Assembly (NCBI GenBank): GCA_963817895.1
Contig: CAWFQB010000011.1
Span: forward strand, 160,001-224,000
Origin: an uncultured Chthonomonadaceae bacterium
GTDB lineage: Bacteria > Armatimonadota > Chthonomonadetes > Chthonomonadales > Chthonomonadaceae
Direction of reading: 5' to 3'
Length of the DNA: 64,000 nt
In this document: piece by piece, positions 52,802 to 62,499 of the stretch
How the letters are laid out: each line of letters begins with the position of its first letter
Position numbering within the stretch: position 1 is the stretch's first letter
The notes under the pieces: model-generated
The model's database searches: none
What the model saw: only the letters and a program-made list of their open reading frames with translations
Told to the model about the DNA's origin: nothing
Program-made: the position numbers and the translations under genes

Positions 52802-54331
52802 TTGACCACTGTGCCTTCCGCATCCGGCAGTTCCGCCGTTCCCGCTCTGGAAATGCGCCACATCAGCAAGTAGTATCCCGGCGTTCAGGCGCTCGAAGAC
52901 GTGTCGCTGACCGTGCGGCGAGGGCGAAATCCACGCCCTGCTCGGCGAGAACGGCGCGGGCAAGTCCACGCTGATGAAGATTCTGGCGGGCGCGGAGCAT
53001 CGGGACGGCGGCGAAATTCTGCTTGACGGGCAGCCCGTCACCATTGACAGCCCGCAGAAGGCGATGGAGCTGGGCATCTCCATCATCTATCAGGAGTTCA
53101 ACCTCGTGCCCTATCTCAGCGCGGGCGAAAACATCTATCTGGGCCGCGAACCCCGCGCCGCCCTGCCCGGCTTCGTGGATTTCAAGACGCTGTACCGGGA
53201 CGCGCAGAAGGTGATTGACGCGCTGGGCGTTCGCATTGACGCCCGAACGCCCGTCAACCAACTCAGCGTGGCGCAGCAGCAGATGGTCGAAATCGCCAAG
53301 GCGACCAGCAAAAAGTCGCAGAATCATCGTGATGGACGAGCCGAGCGCGACCCTGACCGACCACGAACTTGTCGCGCTGTTCGGCCTGATGCGGCAACTG
53401 AAAAGTCGAGGGCGTCAGCATCGTCTATATTTCGCACCGGCTGGAAGAGGTTTTCGAGGTGTGCGACCGGGCGACCATCATGCGCGACGGAACTCATATC
53501 GCCACAATGGACGTGAAAGACCTGACCCGCGACGAGATCATCCGCCTGATGGTCGGGCGCGAACTGAAGGACGCGATTCCCAAAGTGGCCGCGCCGCTCG
53601 GCGCTCCCGCGCTTGCCGTGAAAACATCTGAACCGAACGGGCGTTCTGCACGACATCAATTTCGAGGTGCGGCAGGGCGAAGTGCTGGGCATTGCGGGAC
53701 TGGTGGGCGCGGGGCGCACGGAAACCGCCCGGGTCATCTTCGGGGCCGACCCGCTGGACAGCGGCACGATTGAGGTGTTCGGCAAGCCCGTCACCATCCG
53801 GTCGCCGCAGGACGCCATCAAGCACGGCATCGGCCTGGTCACGGAGGATCGCAAACAGCAGGGGCTGGTGCTGGGCATGGCCGTGCGCGAAAACAACACG
53901 CTCGCCAATCTTGGAGCGCTGTCGGTCGCTGGGCTTCATCAAGCGCAATGAGGAGAGGAAGGTGGCGGAAAAGTACACGGCAGAGCCTTGCCATCAAAAC
54001 GCCGACGATCGAGCAGACCGTGCAGAACCTGTCGGGCGGCAATCAGCAGAAAGTGGTTCTGGCGAAATGGCTGTTCACCGGCTCCAAAATTCTGATTTTC
54101 GACGAGCCGACGCGCGGCATTGACGTGGGCGCGAAAAGCGAAATCTACAAACTGATGAACGAACTGGCCGCGAAGGGCGTCGCCATCATCATGATCTCGT
54201 CGGAACTGCCGGAAGTGCTGGGCATGAGCGACCGTATTCTGGTCATGCACGAGGGCCGCATCACGGGCGAACTGTCCCGCGCCGAAGCCACGCAGGAAAA
54301 AATCATGACGCTGGCAACCGGCGGCGAGTAA
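52802..54331 (+). CDS. Sugar ABC transporter ATP-binding protein, RbsA-like (frameshifted)
   Basis: '[16 protein letters not shown]', 'MDEPSATL', 'GLVGAGRTE', 'LSGGNQQKV' and '[12 protein letters not shown]'. Confidence 0.93.
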
Positions 54332-54366
54332 ATTGTTTTTCCTGTTTGTGAGCAAGGAGTTATAGA

Positions 54367-55017
54367 ATGGCAGAAGAACCGCAGAACTATCCACCAATAA
54401 CGCCGCAACAGGTTCCGCCTGTCATGCCAACGCAGGCGTATCCTGCTTCACAGCCCACATCGTATGCGCCGCAACCGCCGCAGTATCAGCCACAGCAGTA
54501 CGCGCCCATGCCGCCGCCGCCGATGTCCGTTACGCCCGCGCAGGGCAAGCCGATACGTAAAGGGAAAGGCGGGAGCGCGGCCTTAGTGTGGCTGTTGGGG
54601 TGCGCTGGCCTGTTCGCTGTGGTGTTCATAGTGGGCATCGCCTACTTCACCATGAACGTTGGCAATACCATCAGCAGTTCTACCCGGTCGCTGCCGACGG
54701 CGCAGCAGAATCTGGAGGAAATACGCGCCGCGCTGGATACCTATACCGCCGCGCATCAGGGCCAGTATCCCCCCACGCTGGACAAGATCGTGGATGCCGA
54801 CGCGCTGGTGTATACTACCCCAAAAGGAGTAAAAGTACACGTCGAGTACACGCCGCCAAACGAGAATTCCGCGCCGGACGCGGGCGTAGCCGGGTTTTAT
54901 CTGGCCGACATAATGAAGTTTCAACAGCTCATGGAACAGAAGTCGTACATTCGCCTGCTGAAAAACGGCGTGATCGTTCAGGAGCAGATCACCCGGTCGC
55001 CCCTGCCGGACCGCTAA
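54367..55017 (+). CDS. Pro/Gln-rich single-pass membrane hypothetical protein
   Basis: PQ-rich N-terminus, one TM helix and a pilin-like 'NLEEIRAAL..Y...H.GQYPPTL' segment. Confidence 0.65.
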   Translation: MAEEPQNYPPITPQQVPPVMPTQAYPASQPTSYAPQPPQYQPQQYAPMPPPPMSVTPAQGKPIRKGKGGSAALVWLLGCAGLFAVVFIVGIAYFTMNVGNTISSSTRSLPTAQQNLEEIRAALDTYTAAHQGQYPPTLDKIVDADALVYTTPKGVKVHVEYTPPNENSAPDAGVAGFYLADIMKFQQLMEQKSYIRLLKNGVIVQEQITRSPLPDR

Positions 55018-55140
55018 ATTCCGGCGGAACAAAGACTGCTGCCAAAGCCGATTTATAGCCTGCTTCGAGGCCCGCCCTGCTGTTCCCGTTCGCCACAACG
55101 GGGAACATGGCGGGCTTTTCCACGTCTGCTTTAAGGGCAA

Positions 55141-55220
55141 GGTATTCAGGTGTTCGGGTATTCAGGTGTTCGGGTATTCAGGTGTTCGGGTATTCAGGTG
55201 TTCGGGTATTCAGGTGTTCG
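55141..55220. repeat. Perfect 16-bp tandem repeat x5 (GGTATTCAGGTGTTCG)
   Basis: Read directly; same motif family as 15575-15783. Confidence 0.95.
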
Positions 55221-55284
55221 GGTAATTCGAGAACTCCGCTACGGACAGCGGAACTCTAAACAGGTGATGTAAAGGGGCGTGGGT

Positions 55285-56652
55285 ATGCAGCGGAAAACGC
55301 AGTCTCGCAGGGCGGCCAATCAGGCGCGAACAAAACAGGCGGTGCGCAACGCGGTTGCCGAGGTGAAAGACGCCACGCAGCCGCGCAGGAAACCGCCGCC
55401 CAAAAGCGGTTTTTCGTGGCTGGCGGCGATTGGCGCGGGCGCAATGGTCGTCTGGAAAAGCTGGAAAGCCGGGAAAGAGCCTGCGCCGATGGGCTACGAT
55501 AACCAATCCGCCACGCAACTTCACGCCCAAATGGAACGCGAAGCGCGACAGGGCGGTTCCGGCGCGACACCGAATACGATACAGCAGGATAACGCCCGAA
55601 CTGCAAGCAACAGCCGGAATACGAGTACCGAACTGCTGGAACGAAAATCATCAGGAAACTCAGGCGACAACGTTCCTTCTCGCGGCTCTTCCCTGAATGG
55701 ACAAAACGACGAACATTCGGCGCGGGATGTTGAAGCATCGAAGGACGCGCCCAAAGTGGATGACGGGCCGCTTGCTCTCGCGAAAGAGTTTTACAAGCGT
55801 TTTAGTGAAGATGAAGTTATGACGCGAGCTTCCGCGCTGGCATTCGTGGGCGTGTTCTCGCTTGTGCCGATTTTGCTGTTCGCCATTATCGCGCTTGGGT
55901 TTGTGTTCCGCGACCCGGCGGAAGCCAACCGGCATGTCCAGAACTTCGTCACGCAAATGCTGCCGGGTGAGTCGGCCTCGAAAGCCGCAAACGATGTGCT
56001 GGCGCAAACCCATCTGGTGGAAACAGCGCAGGACATGACTCGTCACGCCGGATTGCCGCTGTTTATTGGCGTAGGTTCACTGCTATGGGCGGGAATTTCC
56101 CTGTTTGTCACCGCCACAACTCCGATGAACGCATCCTGGGATGTGACGGAAACGCGCAATTTCCTCAAACTACGCGTGATTTCTCTGGCAGTATTTTTAA
56201 GCGCGGGTCTGGTGTTTGCCCTTTCCCTCGTCGCGTCTGCGTTACCCGGCGTAGTCAGCAGTTTAGGACTGCCGTTTTTCGGCACGGCAGGCCACGTTCC
56301 CATCTGGATAGACATACTGAGCTACCTGATTGCTATTGCGCTGGATGTCGCCATGTTCGTCATCATTTACAAACTGCTGCCCAATGCCAGAGTGACATGG
56401 AAAGCGGCGCTGTTCAGCGGGGGCATTACCGGGCTGCTATGGGAAGCCTTCAAAATCGGTTTCGGCTACTATCTCACGCATTTCGGCGCGAACAGCAACA
56501 AGATGTACGGGGCGCTTGGCGGCATTGTCCTGCTCATCACCTGGATTTACTATTCCTGCGCCGTCCTGCTGTCCGGCGCGGAAGTTGGCAAAATGTACCA
56601 TGAGCATAAGGAAGAGGGTGGCGTGGCGCAGCGAACCCCGCGCGCAATATAA
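55285..56652 (+). CDS. YihY/BrkB family membrane protein
   Basis: 'ASALAF...FSLVP', 'YKLLPN' and 'YGALGGIVLLITWIYYS'. Confidence 0.88.
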   Translation: MQRKTQSRRAANQARTKQAVRNAVAEVKDATQPRRKPPPKSGFSWLAAIGAGAMVVWKSWKAGKEPAPMGYDNQSATQLHAQMEREARQGGSGATPNTIQQDNARTASNSRNTSTELLERKSSGNSGDNVPSRGSSLNGQNDEHSARDVEASKDAPKVDDGPLALAKEFYKRFSEDEVMTRASALAFVGVFSLVPILLFAIIALGFVFRDPAEANRHVQNFVTQMLPGESASKAANDVLAQTHLVETAQDMTRHAGLPLFIGVGSLLWAGISLFVTATTPMNASWDVTETRNFLKLRVISLAVFLSAGLVFALSLVASALPGVVSSLGLPFFGTAGHVPIWIDILSYLIAIALDVAMFVIIYKLLPNARVTWKAALFSGGITGLLWEAFKIGFGYYLTHFGANSNKMYGALGGIVLLITWIYYSCAVLLSGAEVGKMYHEHKEEGGVAQRTPRAI

Positions 56653-56732
56653 AAGCCTTTTCTGGTTCCATCAAAAATTGCGACTTCTGTGTTAGAATAA
56701 TCTAAGAGTGTAGAAACGGGAGGAACAAAAGC

Positions 56733-56987
56733 ATGGTAGTTGTCAATATTTCGCTTCCTGACCAGATAAAGCAGTATGTGGATAACCGCCTTGATGAGGG
56801 CGGCTACAGCGATCCCAGCGCGTTCTTTCTTGATCTGGTTCGGCAGGATCAGGAGCATCGGGCGCAGGAACGGCTAGAAATGCCGCTTCAGGAGGGCCTT
56901 GATAGCGGAGGTACTATTGAAATAACCCCGGAGTACGTTCAGCGCAAGCGCGCGGAATTGATAGACCGTATCAGTTCTGTTGTATAG
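56733..56987 (+). CDS. parD: ParD-like ribbon-helix-helix antitoxin (copy 1)
   Basis: 'NISLPDQIKQYVD....GGYS..S.F..DLVRQDQ...L..GLDSG'. Confidence 0.8.
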   Translation: MVVVNISLPDQIKQYVDNRLDEGGYSDPSAFFLDLVRQDQEHRAQERLEMPLQEGLDSGGTIEITPEYVQRKRAELIDRISSVV

Positions 56988-56999
56988 TAGGAGGCGGCT

Positions 57000-57296
57000 A
57001 TGACTACCTTGAATGTTTCTGTGACACCGGAACTTGCCGACTTTGTGAACGAGAAGGTGACAAGCGGAATATACCCCTCCGCCAGTGAAGTGGTTGGAGC
57101 AAGTCTGCGCCTGTTCAAAGAGCAGGAGGAACTACGCCGAGTTCGTGAGGAAGAATTGCGCAAAGAAATCGCTATCGGCACGGAGCAGTTGGAGCGCGGG
57201 GAAGGAACCGTGTATGCTTCCGCTAAAGAGTTCGCCGACAAGATAAAGGCGGAAGGCCGCAAGCGCGTTGCGGCTCAGAAGATGGCTGAAGCATGA
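57000..57296 (+). CDS. parD: ParD-like antitoxin (copy 2)
   Basis: 'NVSVTPEL..FV..KV.SG.Y.SASEVV..SLRL...LRKEI..G..QL.RG'. Confidence 0.85.
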   Translation: MTTLNVSVTPELADFVNEKVTSGIYPSASEVVGASLRLFKEQEELRRVREEELRKEIAIGTEQLERGEGTVYASAKEFADKIKAEGRKRVAAQKMAEA

Positions 57297-57595
57297 AGGA
57301 ACTGTTTATTACCCGCGCCGCAGAAGCGGACGTGTTGGAGATATAGGTCTACCTGTTCGAGAAAAGCGAACACGCGGCAGACCGCGTCGTGGATGAACTC
57401 ACGCGGCAGTATGCGTTACTTTGCGAGTTCCCGATGATGGGCCGTTCCCGTTCCGAGTACGGAGGCAGCTATCGCAGTTTTCCTATGGGCGATTACGTGA
57501 TATTTTATCGCGTTAGAGAGAAGTTGTTGGAGATTTCGCGCGTTGTGCATGGCTCACGCGACCTCACCAACCTCTTTACATCGGAGGATGAATAA
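57293..57595 (+). pseudogene. parE: ParE/RelE toxin with an in-frame TAG at codon 18
   Basis: MKELFITRAAEADVLEI*VYLFEKSEHAADRVVDEL...FPMMGRSR...YVIFYR...ISRVVHGSRD. Confidence 0.8.
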
Positions 57596-57777
57596 TCGCA
57601 ATGCGTAAAAATCCCCGCTTGCCGGCAAATTTGAAGCGCATGGCCTCTGATTGCGTTGTCAATTACGGGAACCTGATTTAAGCCGCTACGTCATTTCATT
57701 GTGCAATGATGTGGCGGTTTCGCGTTTTATGCTACCGGCCTGTCCGCGTCATGAACACCATTTTGAAGGAGAAAACA

Positions 57778-58296
57778 ATGCCTGCGACTATTGAAAAGAA
57801 TGTGGATACGGAAGAGCAGATTAAGAAAATCAATGGCCTTATTAAAGGTATACGCATCGCCATGCTGACAACCGAAGAAGAGGATGGCAGCCTGCGCAGC
57901 CGTCCGATGGCGACGCAGGAAGAAGAGTTCGATGGAACGCTCTGGTTCTTCACGTATGCGGATTCGGGCAAGGTGTTCGAGGTGCAGCATGATAAGCATG
58001 TCAATGTGAGTTACGCGGACCCCGGCGCGAATACTTATGTGTCTGTGAGCGGCACGGCGCGGCTGATACGCGATCAGCAAAAGGCGCGGGAACTGTGGAA
58101 GCCCGCCCTCAAAGCCTGGTTTCCCGACGGCGCGGACGACCCTAATCTGGCGCTGTTGAAAGTGGACGTGGACAAGTCCGAGTATTGGGATAGCCCCTCC
58201 AACAAAATCGTTATCGCGCTGGGATTGGTGAAAGCCCTCGCTACCGGCAAACCCGCCAACAACATTGGCGAGAACAAAGAAGTGGTATTGAAGTAG
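57778..58296 (+). CDS. Pyridoxamine 5'-phosphate oxidase-like general stress protein
   Basis: 'IAMLTT....SLRSRPM', 'LWFFT', 'YVSVSG.A' and 'AWFPDG..DP'. Confidence 0.88.
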   Translation: MPATIEKNVDTEEQIKKINGLIKGIRIAMLTTEEEDGSLRSRPMATQEEEFDGTLWFFTYADSGKVFEVQHDKHVNVSYADPGANTYVSVSGTARLIRDQQKARELWKPALKAWFPDGADDPNLALLKVDVDKSEYWDSPSNKIVIALGLVKALATGKPANNIGENKEVVLK

Positions 58297-58475
58297 GAAT
58301 ACAGGAACAGTAAACCCCGCATACTCCAATGTCAGCGGGACAGTCAGACGATATTCGCTATATCGGTCAACATATCAGAACGCGGATTGTCATTTTTAAG
58401 ATAATCCGCGTTTTTATGTGACAAACAGCGCGTAAATTTGCTATAATAGTGTCCCAAAGCGATAAGGGGGGTGAA

Positions 58476-59120
58476 ATGCTTGAACAGGCGACCCATGCCG
58501 ATACATGCGCAATCGTCCTTACCGGCGGGAAATCCTCGCGGATGGGACAGGATAAAGCTCTGCTTGAGTATGAGGGCAGAACGTTTTTAGAACACGTTAT
58601 CGCTGCCGCGCGCCCTCTGGCGCGTGAGGTTTTGCTGGTTACAGATCGGGTGGACAGGTACGCCGTGCCGGATGTTCGCGTAATAGTGGATTTTCTGGCG
58701 GACAGCGGGCCGGTTGCCGGAATCGTAAGCGGGCTGATGGCGGCAGGGCCGGGGATACACTTTGTTGTTCCGTGCGACATGCCACTGGTCCGTGGCAGCG
58801 TCTTGAAAATGCTGCTCGGCGCGTGTTCTCCCTCGTGGGATGCCGCAATTCCTGAACTTCATGGGGAACCGGAACCGCTTTATGCCGTCTATAAAGATAC
58901 GGCGTTGCCTAAACTGCGCCGTTATTTGGACAGTGGGCGGCGCTCGGCGCGTGGAGCGCTGGCCGAACTCAACGTTAATACAATTGGCATGGAAGCCCTG
59001 CGCCATGCCGACCCCGAACTGGCAAGTTTCCACAATATCAACACGCCGCAAGAACTTGCGCTGCTGCTTGCATCGCGGCCTGAATCTTTTTCAAACGCTT
59101 CGAATGTCCTGCTGCCTTGA
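58476..59120 (+). CDS. mobA: Molybdenum cofactor guanylyltransferase
   Basis: 'LTGGKSSRMGQDKA', 'GPVAGI', 'PCDMP' and 'NINTP'. Confidence 0.92.
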   Translation: MLEQATHADTCAIVLTGGKSSRMGQDKALLEYEGRTFLEHVIAAARPLAREVLLVTDRVDRYAVPDVRVIVDFLADSGPVAGIVSGLMAAGPGIHFVVPCDMPLVRGSVLKMLLGACSPSWDAAIPELHGEPEPLYAVYKDTALPKLRRYLDSGRRSARGALAELNVNTIGMEALRHADPELASFHNINTPQELALLLASRPESFSNASNVLLP

Positions 59121-59185
59121 TGCGTCAGGACAAAACGCGGCTCACCCGGGATCAGGAATGGCTGATCCCTGAATGATTGCACCTT

Positions 59186-60589
59186 ATGGCTTTAGAAGAC
59201 ACGATTTTTGCTTATCCTGACCAACTGGAAATCTTACCCCTGACGCATCCTGTAAATGCGATTGTAGATGTTCCCGGCTCCAAAAGTATTACCAACCGCG
59301 CCCTGATTCTGGCTGCTCTTGCAAGGGGAACTTCGCAGCTGCGCGGCGCTCTGGAAGCCGACGATACCCGCGTAATGCTCGAATCCTTACAAACGCTTGG
59401 CATAGCCGCAACTCGCGAAATCCGGTATCAAAAACCGGCATCCCCGATTACGCCGAATGTGGCAAACGCCGTTCGGGAGGCAGGCTACAACAGCGGGCAA
59501 ACGGAAACTGCCACGATTACGGTCACCGGGCAGGGCGGACGAATTCCCAATAACGTCGCGGATTTATCCGTCGGCAATTCAGGCACGTCTATTCGCTTTT
59601 TAACGGCTTTATGCGCGCTTGGAAGGGGAACCTATACGCTGGATGGCGTGGCCCGAATGCGCGAGCGCCCGCAGGCGGATTTGCTGAATGCCCTGCAAAC
59701 GCTCGGCGTGAATGCCACTTCGGTGGAGAATACGGGCTGCCCTCCTCTTCGGGTGGAAAGCGAACATGGGCTACAGGGCGGCACGGTGCGGCTACGCGCC
59801 GAGGCCAGCAGCCAGTTCCTGACTGCGCTGTTAATGACGGCCCCTTATGCGGCAGGCGATGTTCGCTTAGAGATTTTGGGAACCTACCGTCCCCTGTATG
59901 TGGAGATTACCCGGCGTATGATGGCGCAATGGGGCGTACAGGTGGATGTCGAGAAGAACCGCTTTCACATTTCTCACGGGCAGCAATACACGGCGCAGGA
60001 AGCATACGACATTGAACCGGACGCTTCCAGCGCGTCCTACTTTTTTGCCGCTGCCGCTGTTACGGGCGGCAAAGTGACGGTACGGGGCCTGAACGCGGAT
60101 GCGCTACAGGGAGATGTGCTGTTCGCGACGGAAGTGCTGGCGGAAATGGGCTGCGAGGTTTCGGAGGCGGCGGAGGGTCTGACGGTAGTTGGCCCGCCGG
60201 ATGGCAAATTGCGCGGCGTGGATCGCGACATGAGTCTTATTTCCGATACCGCGCTCACTCTGGCCGCGATTGCCCCCTTCGCGGACGCGCCTACCACGAT
60301 TCGCAACATCGCCCATACGCGCCTACAGGAATGTGACCGCATTGCGGCGGTTTGCGCGGAATTACGGCGAATGGGCGTTCAGGTAGACGAGCGCCCCGAC
60401 GGGTATACAGTACATCCGGCGCAGGCAATCCAACCCGCAACCGTGCAAACGTATCACGATCATCGCGTCGCCATGAGTTTTGCCCTTGTCGGCCTGCGCG
60501 CATCCGGCATTGTGATAGACAATCCCGCCTGCGTCGCCAAAACATTTCCGGGCTACTGGCAGGCGCTTGAGGGTTTGCAAACGGCCTGA
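59186..60589 (+). CDS. aroA: 3-phosphoshikimate 1-carboxyvinyltransferase (EPSP synthase)
   Basis: 'PGSKSITNRAL', 'GNSGTSIRF', 'SSQFLTALL', 'RLQECDR', 'DHRVAM' and 'KTFP'. Confidence 0.96.
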   Translation: MALEDTIFAYPDQLEILPLTHPVNAIVDVPGSKSITNRALILAALARGTSQLRGALEADDTRVMLESLQTLGIAATREIRYQKPASPITPNVANAVREAGYNSGQTETATITVTGQGGRIPNNVADLSVGNSGTSIRFLTALCALGRGTYTLDGVARMRERPQADLLNALQTLGVNATSVENTGCPPLRVESEHGLQGGTVRLRAEASSQFLTALLMTAPYAAGDVRLEILGTYRPLYVEITRRMMAQWGVQVDVEKNRFHISHGQQYTAQEAYDIEPDASSASYFFAAAAVTGGKVTVRGLNADALQGDVLFATEVLAEMGCEVSEAAEGLTVVGPPDGKLRGVDRDMSLISDTALTLAAIAPFADAPTTIRNIAHTRLQECDRIAAVCAELRRMGVQVDERPDGYTVHPAQAIQPATVQTYHDHRVAMSFALVGLRASGIVIDNPACVAKTFPGYWQALEGLQTA

Positions 60590-60596
60590 TCTTGCT

Positions 60597-61280
60597 TTAT
60601 TCCGTTTCGGCAGGAGTACGCGCGGAACGCCGGACGCGCTGCCACGTCCGCTGTAGCCGCCATTCCACGCCGTCAAGCCAGATGTCCACGATCTCATACA
60701 GCGCCCACAGCAGAAACGCGAAGGCGATGATAATGGCAAGCAGGGTGGGAGAAAACAGGGCGTGAAGCGCGACACTCCCCACATAGCCGGGGCGGGTTAT
60801 AATATCCCACGAATTCAGCCGGACGATCAATCCCATGTACACGCCGAGCGACATGAGCAGGTAGAAGGGCGCGGCGAGAGGAAGCAGCGAAACGCGGTTT
60901 TGCCGTAGCGCCTGCGCGACAAGCCGAATGGAAAGCGCGTAGCACAACACGCCCAACGCGCTATACGTGACAAAGAACAAGCCCTGTTCGGCAACGATAA
61001 GTTTCAAAATTGGTATTTCCGCCACCTCCTGCCGGAGCGCGACGGGGCCGGCATCGAACAGGAAATGCCGCCACTCCGTCAGCAGATAGCAGGTATTGGG
61101 CAGAAAAAAGAACCAGACCAGCGCAGGCAGAATCAGGCCGGGCCAAGCGGCGGGATGCTGTCGCCATTCGCCGTATTTCCGCCGCGCGTTTATCAAACCA
61201 TTCGCGAACAGCCCGCCCGCAACAACGGGAATAATCGCCAGAAACAGATTCCAGCACAGCCAGCGCCAATTCATCCACAT
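60597..61280 (-). CDS. DUF1361 membrane protein
   Basis: 'WNLFLA.IP', 'WFFFLPN..YLLT' and 'GVYMG...RLNSWD'. Confidence 0.85.
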   Translation of the reverse strand: MWMNWRWLCWNLFLAIIPVVAGGLFANGLINARRKYGEWRQHPAAWPGLILPALVWFFFLPNTCYLLTEWRHFLFDAGPVALRQEVAEIPILKLIVAEQGLFFVTYSALGVLCYALSIRLVAQALRQNRVSLLPLAAPFYLLMSLGVYMGLIVRLNSWDIITRPGYVGSVALHALFSPTLLAIIIAFAFLLWALYEIVDIWLDGVEWRLQRTWQRVRRSARTPAETE

Positions 61281-61423
61281 TCCACGCACTCTCCGTTCCT
61301 TATCATCATAGAGGATTATGGCAAGCGGCTTTCGGTTCCCTACATTTTCCGAAAGACACGGTTGAAAAACCTCTTCTTTCGATACGGCGATGAATGGCAG
61401 TTATGTTTCCTGACAGGGTATTT

Positions 61424-61630
61424 TCAGGCCGGGGGAGCGCCATTTCGGGTCAGGTTATAGCCCAGGCGCGTCAGGGCCGCGCCACAGAACAGATACAGCC
61501 AGCCGGGGAGTTGAGTTTGCAGGATGGCAGCAATTCCGGCGAACAGCCAGAGCAGGCCGACAAACAACACAAACCAACCCCATATTTTGCGCGAATTCGG
61601 CATTTTGTTTCTCCCAAACATTTTCAGCAA
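61424..61630 (-). CDS. Small two-TM hypothetical protein
   Basis: 68-aa ORF with two hydrophobic helices; no family recognised. Confidence 0.4.
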   Translation of the reverse strand: MLKMFGRNKMPNSRKIWGWFVLFVGLLWLFAGIAAILQTQLPGWLYLFCGAALTRLGYNLTRNGAPPA

Positions 61631-61668
61631 ACATTCTCAACGCTCAACGCTTCCTGCTTGATACTTAA

Positions 61669-61770
61669 GAGCCTATCCCAATAGGCCGGGTACAGAGAAC
61701 GTACCCGTCTGAGTGGCCTACGGCCAGGCGTCCTTCGGACGCAAATGCAATCGCCTGTTGGGATAGGCTC
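61669..61770. mobile_element. 102-bp MITE-like element with 18-bp TIRs and a TAA target duplication
   Basis: taa|gagcctatcccaataggc ... gcctgttgggataggctc|taa (1 mismatch). Confidence 0.65.
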
Positions 61771-61787
61771 TAAATCGGAGATAGACG

Positions 61788-62492
61788 ATGGCTACGTTCT
61801 TACATAAAATTGGGCATCGGGGTACGCCCCGCGAGTTTCCCGCCAACACCATGCGCGGATTTCAGCGGGCTGTCGAACACGGCTGTACGATGGTGGAGTG
61901 TGACGTTCGGCAGGCCGCCGACGGTGTTCTGGTTCTGGCGCATGATCCTCATGTTACGGATGTGGACGGCAGAACGTTTGTTGTCGCGGAAACAGCAAGC
62001 GCGGAGTTGCAAAGTCTGAATCTCGGGGCAGGAGAGGGTGTGCCGCGTCTGGAGGAACTGGCAATATGGGCGGCGGGACATTGCGGGGTCATGGTGGACA
62101 TGAAGTGTGAGGGGAATGGCGTGGAAGAGGGTATTGTTGCCGCATTGCGCCATTTGGAAATGGACGCGAAAGTGGTTCCGGGCGCGGGAAGCGCCAGTCG
62201 CGCCCGCTTCCGCGAAGTTGATTCCACCCTGCCCCTGTCCCTTACGTTGAGCAACGATGACGCACTACTGGTAGAGCCGGAGAATTGGCAAATGCTGCTT
62301 GCCAATCTGGACACAAACGCGGTCACATGGCACCATTCGCTGCTGAACGCGGAACGCATTTCACAACTTCACGATTACAATGTTATCGTCTACGCCTGGA
62401 CTGTGGACGACCTGCCGACTATGCGCCGCCTGCTGAGTGATGGAGTTGACGGCATCATCAGCAACCGCGCCGATTTGCTTGCCTCCTTATAA
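61788..62492 (+). CDS. Glycerophosphodiester phosphodiesterase family protein
   Basis: 'IGHRG', 'VECDV', 'VLAHD', 'AWTVDD' and 'GVDGIISN'. Confidence 0.9.
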   Translation: MATFLHKIGHRGTPREFPANTMRGFQRAVEHGCTMVECDVRQAADGVLVLAHDPHVTDVDGRTFVVAETASAELQSLNLGAGEGVPRLEELAIWAAGHCGVMVDMKCEGNGVEEGIVAALRHLEMDAKVVPGAGSASRARFREVDSTLPLSLTLSNDDALLVEPENWQMLLANLDTNAVTWHHSLLNAERISQLHDYNVIVYAWTVDDLPTMRRLLSDGVDGIISNRADLLASL

Positions 62493-62499
62493 ATAAGGA

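Noticed and set aside
55141..55220. Possible CRISPR array
   Set aside because: Units are contiguous 16-mers with no unique spacers, and no cas genes are in the window.
57344..57346. Pyrrolysine or stop-codon recoding at the parE TAG
   Set aside because: TAG ends many normal genes in this window and no pyl machinery is seen; a nonsense mutation or base error is simpler.
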